Of a stretch of 26,750 nucleotides of DNA, positions 20,484-26,750 are shown piece after piece. Source of the DNA: a virus (lineage: Duplodnaviria; Heunggongvirae; Uroviricota; Caudoviricetes); the IMG/VR virus record IMGVR_UViG_2529293065_000012; one strand, 5' to 3'. The notes under the pieces were generated by a model, which was not told the DNA's origin, ran no database searches, and saw only the letters and a list, made by a program, of their open reading frames with translations. The position numbers were made by a program, and so were the translations under genes. Numbering within the stretch: the stretch's first letter is position 1; each line of letters begins with the position of its first letter.

Positions 20484-21061
20484 GCGCAGAACTCATGCGA
20501 CTGCTGAGCAACATCATTCGCACCGGGATCATCTCTGAAGTTGATGAGAAGTCCTGGCGCGTGCGCGTTCGCAGCGGCGAACTGGAAACAGGCTGGCTGC
20601 GCTGGAACACCACGCGCGCGGGAGCCTTCAATGTGTGGCTGCCGCCATCACCAGGCGAACAGGTGGTAATTGCCTGCATTGGCGGCAACCCGGAAACCGC
20701 CATGATAATTGGCAGCCTGTGGAGTGATGCCAGTCCGGCCCCCGGCAAAAGCCTGAAAGAAATCGTGGTCAGCGCGCCGGATGGCGCGGTGTTCCGCTAC
20801 GACGCAGACGCTGGCGCACTGAGCGCCAGCGGCATGAAAACAGCCACCCTGCAGGCATCCGTCAGCGTGACACTGGATACGCCCGTCGTGGAATGCACAG
20901 ACCTTCTGAGAACAGCGACGCTTGACGTCACAAAAGGGGGAAAGATGAGCGGCAATATCACGCACAGCGGCGGCGATTTCACCTCAAACGGCATCACAGT
21001 GCATACGCATAAGCACGGTGGCGTTAAAGGTGGCAGCGATTCGACAGGAGGCCCGCAGTGA
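20480..21061 (+). CDS. V: Baseplate central spike (P2 gpV family, 193 aa)
   Basis: IIRTGIISEVD, GEQVVI, PDGAVFRYD, LDTPVVECT, TKGGKMSGNITHSGGDFTSNGITVHTHKH parallel P2 V. Confidence 0.9.
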   Translation: MSAELMRLLSNIIRTGIISEVDEKSWRVRVRSGELETGWLRWNTTRAGAFNVWLPPSPGEQVVIACIGGNPETAMIIGSLWSDASPAPGKSLKEIVVSAPDGAVFRYDADAGALSASGMKTATLQASVSVTLDTPVVECTDLLRTATLDVTKGGKMSGNITHSGGDFTSNGITVHTHKHGGVKGGSDSTGGPQ

Positions 21062-21408
21062 CAACCCGCTACACAGGAATGAATCCGGACGGGACGGGAA
21101 ACCTGAACGATACGGAGCACCTGAAACAGTCAGTCAGGGACATCCTGACCACCCCGCTGGCAAGCCGGGTTATGCGACGGGAATATGGCAGCCTTGTGCC
21201 TGATTTAATTGACGAACCCATGAATAACACCACGCGTCTGCAATGCATGAGTGCTGCCGTGATTGCGCTGACACGATGGGAACCCCGCATTGCCCTGGAC
21301 GCCATCGACGTTGTCTGGAAGGCAGGAGGCCGCGCCGGGGTGACGCTGTCGGGCACTGTCATGCAGACCATGCAGAATGTTGAATTAACCATCACGCTAA
21401 GGGAGTAA
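21058..21408 (+). CDS. W: Baseplate wedge protein (gpW / gp25-like, 116 aa)
   Basis: Position and size match P2 W. It contains the SVRDILTTPLASRVMRREYGS motif typical of the GPW/gp25 family. Confidence 0.85.
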   Translation: MTTRYTGMNPDGTGNLNDTEHLKQSVRDILTTPLASRVMRREYGSLVPDLIDEPMNNTTRLQCMSAAVIALTRWEPRIALDAIDVVWKAGGRAGVTLSGTVMQTMQNVELTITLRE

Positions 21409-21411
21409 ATC

Positions 21412-22308
21412 ATGCCTGCTGTTGACCTTTCCCAGTTACCGGAACCCGCCATCATCGCGGAGCCTGATTTTGAGGCAATTCTGGCTGACACAAAGGCCAT
21501 GATGATTGCGTCCTATCCTGCCGAACAGCGTGAAGCCGTCTCCGCCGCGCTGGAGCTGGAATCGGAACCCCTGAACGTTATCGCTCAAACCATGTCTTTT
21601 CGTGAAATGCTGTTACGCCAGCGGGTCAATGAGGGTGCACGCGCCTGCATGCTAAGCCACAGCGCTGGGACAGACCTGGACAACCTCGCGGGCAATATGA
21701 ACACAAAGCGCCTGGTTATCACTCCGGCAACGGATACCACCGACGCAGTGATGGAAAGTGACACCTCGCTGAGACTACGGGCGCAACGGGCATATGACGG
21801 TCTGAGTGTTGCTGGCCCGTCAGGTGCATACGAGTATTTTGCACGCAGCGCCAGCGGTCTGGTACGCGATGCGCGGGCCATCAGCCCGTCTCCGGCCAAC
21901 GTGACGGTTTCCATCCTGTCCACTGAGGGCGACGGCACAGCAACGGGGGCGTTGCTTAATACCGTTCGCGCCGTTCTGAATGCAGAGGATACCCGCCCGG
22001 TGGCCGACCGCCTGACCGTACAGAGTGCCAGAATCGTGACATGGCGGCTGAATGCAAAACTGTACTTTTACCCCGGCCCGGAATCCGAACCTATTCTGGC
22101 CGCGGCAGAATCGTCGTTCAGGAAGTGGCTGTCTGAGCAGGGGCTTATCGGTCAGGACGTGGCGTTGTCAGCCATTGCTGCCGCACTGCATGTGCACGGT
22201 GTGCAACGCGTGGAGATAATCGAACCCACACAAAATATGGCCATCAGCGACATACAGGCGGCGCGCTGTGAGTCATTCACCATCAGCGAAGGTGGGCGTA
22301 ATGAGTAA
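21412..22308 (+). CDS. J: Baseplate protein J (298 aa)
   Basis: Position and size match P2 J. Confidence 0.82.
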   Translation: MPAVDLSQLPEPAIIAEPDFEAILADTKAMMIASYPAEQREAVSAALELESEPLNVIAQTMSFREMLLRQRVNEGARACMLSHSAGTDLDNLAGNMNTKRLVITPATDTTDAVMESDTSLRLRAQRAYDGLSVAGPSGAYEYFARSASGLVRDARAISPSPANVTVSILSTEGDGTATGALLNTVRAVLNAEDTRPVADRLTVQSARIVTWRLNAKLYFYPGPESEPILAAAESSFRKWLSEQGLIGQDVALSAIAAALHVHGVQRVEIIEPTQNMAISDIQAARCESFTISEGGRNE

Positions 22309-22831
22309 TTCACTGTTACCGCCATCAGCCAGCAATTTCATGCGTTGTGCCGAAGCTGTCGGAACGCGCATTACAGACATTCCGGTAGACCTCAACACAC
22401 TGTGGTCGCCGGACACCTGCCCGGTGCATCTGCTGCCTTATCTCGCCTGGGCATTTTCCGTTGACCGCTGGGATCGCAACTGGCCGGAAGAGACAAAGCG
22501 ACAGGTGATTCGTGATGCATGGCTGATACACCGACACAAAGGGACCATCAGCGCACTGCGCCGGGCCATTGAGCCGCTGGGATACCTCATTCGTGTGTCT
22601 GAGTGGTGGGAGTTCGGCGGAGAACCGGGAACATTTACCGTTGAAGTCGGCACGCTGGAGAGTGGCGTGACGGAGGAAATGTATCTGGAAATGGAGCGGT
22701 TGATTGCTGATGCCCGCCCGGTCAGCCGCCACATGACAGGGCTGAATATCATTCAGGAGATCCCGGGGGATATTTTCGCGGCGGCAGCAACTTACGACGG
22801 TGAAGTCATTACCATTTATCCGGACGATTAA
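22301..22831 (+). CDS. I: Baseplate/tail protein I (176 aa)
   Basis: The ATG at 22301 overlaps the J 3' end. The 176-aa length equals P2 I. Confidence 0.82.
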   Translation: MSNSLLPPSASNFMRCAEAVGTRITDIPVDLNTLWSPDTCPVHLLPYLAWAFSVDRWDRNWPEETKRQVIRDAWLIHRHKGTISALRRAIEPLGYLIRVSEWWEFGGEPGTFTVEVGTLESGVTEEMYLEMERLIADARPVSRHMTGLNIIQEIPGDIFAAAATYDGEVITIYPDD

Positions 22832-22833
22832 GC

Positions 22834-25140
22834 ATGAGTACCACAACACGAAAATTTAAAACCATTATCACTGATACTGGTGCCAAAAAATTAGCTCAGG
22901 CAGCCGCGCCAGGTGGTAATCCTGTCCGCCTGACTCACATGGCCGTGGGCGACGGTGGCGGCACGTTGCCCACACCAGACAGTAAGCAGACCCGTCTGGT
23001 GCATGAGGTGTGGCGACATACTGTTAATCGCGTCATCCTGGACGCAACACATCAGAACCGCATTATTGCGGAGCTGGTTATTCCTCCTGAAACGGGCGGA
23101 TTCTGGATCCGGGAAATTGGTGTATTTGATGAGCACGGCGATTTAATCGCGGTGGGCAATACTGCCGAAAGTTACAAACCAACCGTTGCCGAAGGGTCCG
23201 GACGTGCACAAACATTTCGCACCATTCTGACCGTATCCAGCACTGCCACCGTGGCGCTTACCGTGGATAACACCATGGTGATGGCCACAGTGGATTACGT
23301 GGATGACAAACTGAAAGAGCATGAACAGTCACGACGTCACCCGGATGCCTCGCTGACCGCAAAAGGCTTTGTTCAACTCAGTAGCGCCACTAACAGCGAT
23401 TCTGAAACGCTGGCTGCAACGCCGAAAGCGGTTAAGGCCGCGTATGACCTGGCTAACGGAAAATATACCGCTCAGGACGCCACGACGGCACGAAAAGGGA
23501 TAGTCCAGCTCAGCAGTGCAACCAACAGCACGTCTGAAACGCTGGCTGCGACACCAAAAGCGGTTAAGGCGGTAATGGATGAAACGAACAAGAAAGCGCC
23601 CTTAAATAGTCCTGCACTGACCGGAACGCCAACAACGCCAACTGCGCCAAAAGGTACTAATAATACTCAGATCGCAAGTACGGCTTATGTGATGGCCGCG
23701 ATTGCCGCCCTTGTAGACTCGTCGCCTGACGCACTGAATACGCTGAACGAGTTAGCGGCGGCGCTGGGCAACGACCCGAATTTTGCGACCACCATGACTA
23801 ACGCGCTTGCGGGTAAGCAACCGAAAGATGCCACCCTGACGGCGCTGGCCGGGCTTGCTACTGCGGCAGACAGGTTTCCGTATTTTACGGGGAATGATGT
23901 CGCCAGCCTGGCAACCCTGACAAAAGTCGGGCGGGATATTCTTGCGAAATCGACCGTTGCTGCCGTTATCGAATACCTCGGTTTGCAGGAAACGGTAAAT
24001 AAGGCTTCTGGCGCATTACAGAAAAACCAGAACGGCGCAGATATTCCCGATAAAAAACTATTCCTGCGTAATATCGGCACAACAAATTCAACAACCATGT
24101 CTTTTAGTGGTGGTGCTGGATGGTTCAAACTGGCAACTGTAACAATGCCACAAGCCAGTTCCGTGGTTTACATAAGCCTGATTGGTGGCGCAGGGTATAA
24201 CGTTGGCTCCTCGCATCAAGCAGGCATCTCTGAGCTGGTTCTGCGTGCCGGAAATGGGAATCCAAAAGGTATTACTGGTGCATTATGGCGACGGACCTCG
24301 GTTGGATTTACTCATTTTGCATGGGTGAATACATCCGGTGATACCTATGACATTTATGTAGAAATAGGTAATTACGCCACAGGTGTTAATATTCAGTGGG
24401 ATTATACCAGTAACGCCAGCGTAACGATTCATACATCACCAACTTATACAGCGAATAAACCAACAGGCCTGACAGATGGAACTGTATATGTAATTTACAG
24501 TTCGCACATTAAACCGACTGCTGCTGAGGTTGGGGCGTTGTCATTATCTGGCGGTCAATTGAATGGTGCACTGGGCATCGGAACATCCAGTGTTCTTGGC
24601 GGTAACTCGATTGTTTTGGGGGATAATGATACTGGTTTCAAACAGAACGGCGATGGCCTTCTTGATGTTTATGCTAATAGTCAGCATGTATTCCGTTTCC
24701 AGAATGGCGTGGCTATTGCTTTAAAAAACATTCAGGCCGGAGATGGTAAAAAACTCTCGCTATCAAGCTCCAACAACTCCACAAAGAATGCAAGGTTTAA
24801 TTTATGGGGTAATTCATCCCGCCCCGTAGTTGCAGAACTTGGTGATGATTCAGGTTGGCATTTTTATAGTCAAAGAAATACAGATAATTCAGTATTGTTC
24901 TCCGTTAACGGTCAGATAAACCCCAACAACTGGAGTAACTTTGATTCTCGTTATGTGAGAGATGTCCGACTTGGTACACGTGTTGTTCAGACTATGCAAA
25001 AAGGCGTGATGTATGAGAAATCAGGTCATGCAATTACGGGGCTTGGCATTATTGGCGCTGTTGATGGCGATGATCCGGCTGTATTCAGACCAATACAAAA
25101 ATACATCAATGGCACATGGTATAACGTCGCACAGGTATAA
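22834..25140 (+). CDS. H: Tail fibre protein (P2 gpH / Mu S-like, 768 aa); the N-terminal part is constant and the C-terminal part lies inside the invertible segment
   Basis: The N-terminus FKTIITDTGAKKLAQA...THMAVGDGGG is typical of P2 H. It carries tail-fibre repeat motifs and EYLGL at the recombination site. The C-terminus ..QKYINGTWYNV is shared with the inverted alternative ORF. Confidence 0.9.
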   Translation: MSTTTRKFKTIITDTGAKKLAQAAAPGGNPVRLTHMAVGDGGGTLPTPDSKQTRLVHEVWRHTVNRVILDATHQNRIIAELVIPPETGGFWIREIGVFDEHGDLIAVGNTAESYKPTVAEGSGRAQTFRTILTVSSTATVALTVDNTMVMATVDYVDDKLKEHEQSRRHPDASLTAKGFVQLSSATNSDSETLAATPKAVKAAYDLANGKYTAQDATTARKGIVQLSSATNSTSETLAATPKAVKAVMDETNKKAPLNSPALTGTPTTPTAPKGTNNTQIASTAYVMAAIAALVDSSPDALNTLNELAAALGNDPNFATTMTNALAGKQPKDATLTALAGLATAADRFPYFTGNDVASLATLTKVGRDILAKSTVAAVIEYLGLQETVNKASGALQKNQNGADIPDKKLFLRNIGTTNSTTMSFSGGAGWFKLATVTMPQASSVVYISLIGGAGYNVGSSHQAGISELVLRAGNGNPKGITGALWRRTSVGFTHFAWVNTSGDTYDIYVEIGNYATGVNIQWDYTSNASVTIHTSPTYTANKPTGLTDGTVYVIYSSHIKPTAAEVGALSLSGGQLNGALGIGTSSVLGGNSIVLGDNDTGFKQNGDGLLDVYANSQHVFRFQNGVAIALKNIQAGDGKKLSLSSSNNSTKNARFNLWGNSSRPVVAELGDDSGWHFYSQRNTDNSVLFSVNGQINPNNWSNFDSRYVRDVRLGTRVVQTMQKGVMYEKSGHAITGLGIIGAVDGDDPAVFRPIQKYINGTWYNVAQV
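23365..23448 (+). repeat. Intragenic tail-fibre repeat, copy 1 (GFVQLSSATNSDSETLAATPKAVKAAYD)
   Basis: An 84-nt unit repeated at 23497-23580, encoding the phage tail-fibre repeat motif. Confidence 0.8.
23497..23580 (+). repeat. Intragenic tail-fibre repeat, copy 2 (GIVQLSSATNSTSETLAATPKAVKAVMD)
   Basis: It lies 132 nt after copy 1, with a near-identical central ETLAATPKAVKA coding block. Confidence 0.8.
23966..23991. promoter_or_regulatory. Left crossover site for a Gin/Cin/Hin-family DNA invertase (gix/cix-like 26-mer) inside H
   Basis: TTATCGAATACCTCGGTTTGCAGGAA matches the remembered Mu gix sequence TTATCCAAAACCTCGGTTTACAGGAA at 22 of 26 positions, by eye. Confidence 0.7.
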
Positions 25141-25143
25141 TTT

Positions 25144-25671
25144 ATGCAGCATTTAAAAAATATTACTGCAGGTAATCCCAAAACTATCGAACAGTATCAA
25201 CTTACAAAAGAATTTGATGTTATCTGGTTATGGTCCGAAGACGGAAAAAACTGGTATGAGGAAGTGAAAAACTTTCAGCCAGACACAATAAAGATTGTTT
25301 ACGATGCAAATAATATTATTGTCGCCATCACCAAAGATGCCTCCACGCTTAACCCTGAAGGTTATAGCGTCGTTGAGGTTCCAGATATTACAGCCAACCG
25401 CCGCGCTGATGATTCCGGTAAGTGGATGTTTAGGGACGGAGCTGTGGTTAAACGGATTTATACGGCAGACGAGCAACAACAACAGGCCGAATCACAAAAG
25501 GCCGCGTTGCTTTCTGAAGCTGAAAGCGTTATTCAGCCACTGGAACGCGCTGTCAGGCTGAATATGGCGACGGATGAGGAGCGTACACGACTGGAGTCAT
25601 GGGAACGCTACAGCGTTCTGGTCAACCGTGTGGATACAGCAAAGCCCGAATGGCCACAAAAGCCTGAATAA
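25144..25671 (+). CDS. G: Tail fibre assembly chaperone (P2 gpG / Mu U-like, 175 aa)
   Basis: It follows H by 3 nt. The N-terminus is near-identical to the inverted paralogue at 25700-26233. Confidence 0.85.
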   Translation: MQHLKNITAGNPKTIEQYQLTKEFDVIWLWSEDGKNWYEEVKNFQPDTIKIVYDANNIIVAITKDASTLNPEGYSVVEVPDITANRRADDSGKWMFRDGAVVKRIYTADEQQQQAESQKAALLSEAESVIQPLERAVRLNMATDEERTRLESWERYSVLVNRVDTAKPEWPQKPE

Positions 25672-25676
25672 AAATT

Positions 25677-25696
25677 AAGGCCCGCTATCGGGCCTT
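25677..25696. terminator. Hairpin between the two convergent tail-fibre assembly genes
   Basis: The sequence is AAGGCCCG-CTAT-CGGGCCTT, an 8-bp stem. It is flanked by an A-rich 5' side. Confidence 0.55.
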
Positions 25697-25699
25697 GTC

Positions 25700-26233
25700 T
25701 CATTCAGGTTGTTCGGGAAATATTACTGGCAGGCTGGAGGTGTCTGTAGATTCGACTTTCTGCGCATAGAGCATCCACTCGGTTAATTTTTGTTTATTCT
25801 CGTCGGAAATGATGCCCAGCCGTAGCTGTGAGTCCCATAGCTGTGTTTTATCCCTGACGAGCTGTAGCAGGCTTTGCTTTTCATTTTCCGCTTGTTGCCT
25901 CTGCTCTTCCTCGGTATAAGTTCGCTTTATCACTACGCCATCTTTGAACATCCAGTTGCCGGAAATATCAGCGCGTCGGTTTGCCGTAATATTGGGTAAC
26001 TCAACCACACTCATTCCCTCTGGATTAATCAGGGATACATCTTTCTCAATACAGCAAATAACACCCTCCTGGTTATATGCCACTTTTAACGTGTCAGGCT
26101 GGAAATTTTTCTGTTCCTCATACCAGTTCTTACCTTCTTCCGACCATAACCAGACAACATCAAATTCTTTTGTAAGTTGATACTGTTCGATAGTTTTGGG
26201 ATTTCCTGCTTTAATATTTTTTAAATGCTGCAT
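25700..26233 (-). CDS. Alternative tail fibre assembly chaperone in inverted orientation (U'-like, 177 aa)
   Basis: [40 protein letters not shown] compares with [40 protein letters not shown] in the plus-strand copy. The start was taken at the ATG at 26233, with the same TAATATGCAGCAT junction as in H-G. Confidence 0.85.
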   Translation of the reverse strand: MQHLKNIKAGNPKTIEQYQLTKEFDVVWLWSEEGKNWYEEQKNFQPDTLKVAYNQEGVICCIEKDVSLINPEGMSVVELPNITANRRADISGNWMFKDGVVIKRTYTEEEQRQQAENEKQSLLQLVRDKTQLWDSQLRLGIISDENKQKLTEWMLYAQKVESTDTSSLPVIFPEQPE

Positions 26234-26234
26234 A

Positions 26235-26750
26235 TTAAGCACGTCCTACATTGTACCAATGACCATTAATATATTTCTGAACAGGAGCGTAGACAGGCCA
26301 TTCTCTCGAATCATCAAAGTTGCCACCTGTCAGAACGTATCCGGCTGGAACCGTTCCGCCATCACCACCCCAGACAATCCCACTCTGGTTAGCACCCATG
26401 CGAACGTCACGAACATAGCGTGAGTCAAAATTACCATAATTGCCGGGAATAATTTGCGAGCCGCAAAGCCAATTCCCGTTATTATCCATGTACGCCTGAC
26501 CATCGGTGCCATTGTCTGTCCTTGAGTTATTAATCATGTAGATGCCAAATTCCCTATTCCCCAGTCCACCAATCATAAATTTGCGGTCAGCATGGTCCTG
26601 ACGTAGCAATGCCTGGGCGCTATCAGTTTTAACTATATTTCTCCCAAAGATAGCGTTGTTATCGCGCATCTGAATCCACATACCATTACTGCTGTTAATA
26701 GCAAAACGGTTTGCAAATATATCCCCTGTAACATCAAGACCATGCCCCAT
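26235..26750 (-). CDS. Alternative tail-fibre C-terminal (variable) segment, inverted orientation; 5' end beyond the window
   Basis: It ends ...NFDSRYVRDVRMG...VQKYINGHWYNVGRA, paralleling the H C-terminus NFDSRYVRDVRLG...IQKYINGTWYNVAQV. The ORF is open to the window edge. Confidence 0.8.
   Translation of the reverse strand: MGHGLDVTGDIFANRFAINSSNGMWIQMRDNNAIFGRNIVKTDSAQALLRQDHADRKFMIGGLGNREFGIYMINNSRTDNGTDGQAYMDNNGNWLCGSQIIPGNYGNFDSRYVRDVRMGANQSGIVWGGDGGTVPAGYVLTGGNFDDSREWPVYAPVQKYINGHWYNVGRA

Larger units (their letters stand above)
1..26750. mobile_element. P2-family prophage, partial (left arm through tail-fibre region); both attachment junctions lie outside the window
   Basis: Gene order and orientation match the P2 prophage map: int-C-cox-early-A-cargo-cos-Q-P-O-N-M-L-X-lysis-R-S-V-W-J-I-H-G. 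Many products align by eye with remembered P2 protein sequences. Confidence 0.9.

Noticed and set aside
1-26750. CRISPR arrays, rRNA/tRNA genes, IS elements or transposases
   Set aside because: I saw no regularly spaced repeat-spacer arrays, no cloverleaf-compatible tRNA and no transposase-like ORFs or IS terminal inverted repeats on reading both strands.

Overview
This window is about 27 kb of an integrated P2-family (Peduovirus-like) enterobacterial prophage, read from the integrase stop codon (nt 1) into the tail-fibre region. Both prophage ends lie outside the window. The gene order follows the P2 prophage map: int, C-type repressor, cox, a run of small early genes, replication endonuclease A, an accessory cargo slot, cos, then portal Q and terminase P on the minus strand. 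The late genes follow: O, N, M, L, X, holin, endolysin, overlapping spanins, R, S, V, W, J, I, tail fibre H and assembly protein G. The window ends inside a Gin/Cin-type invertible tail-fibre segment.

The most interesting part is the cargo slot between A and cos (7947-11413), which is the P2 tin/old position and a known anti-phage hotspot. It holds two modules:
- An R1-like ParM/ParR actin-type partition module, preceded by two 20-bp palindromes.
- A convergent, visibly AT-rich two-gene operon encoding a 1-TM 165-aa protein and a 4-TM 280-aa protein of unknown function. It is preceded by a leader with a promoter-like sequence, a hairpin, an 11-codon ORF with a strong SD, and an intrinsic terminator 14 nt before the first start codon. 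I regard this operon plus its leader as the best candidate for an undescribed defence or exclusion system.

A second unexplained locus is a roughly 320-bp ORF-poor, highly structured stretch (4142-4463) upstream of a small arginine-rich ORF and gene A.

All protein-family calls rest on by-eye comparison with remembered reference sequences. No searches were run.
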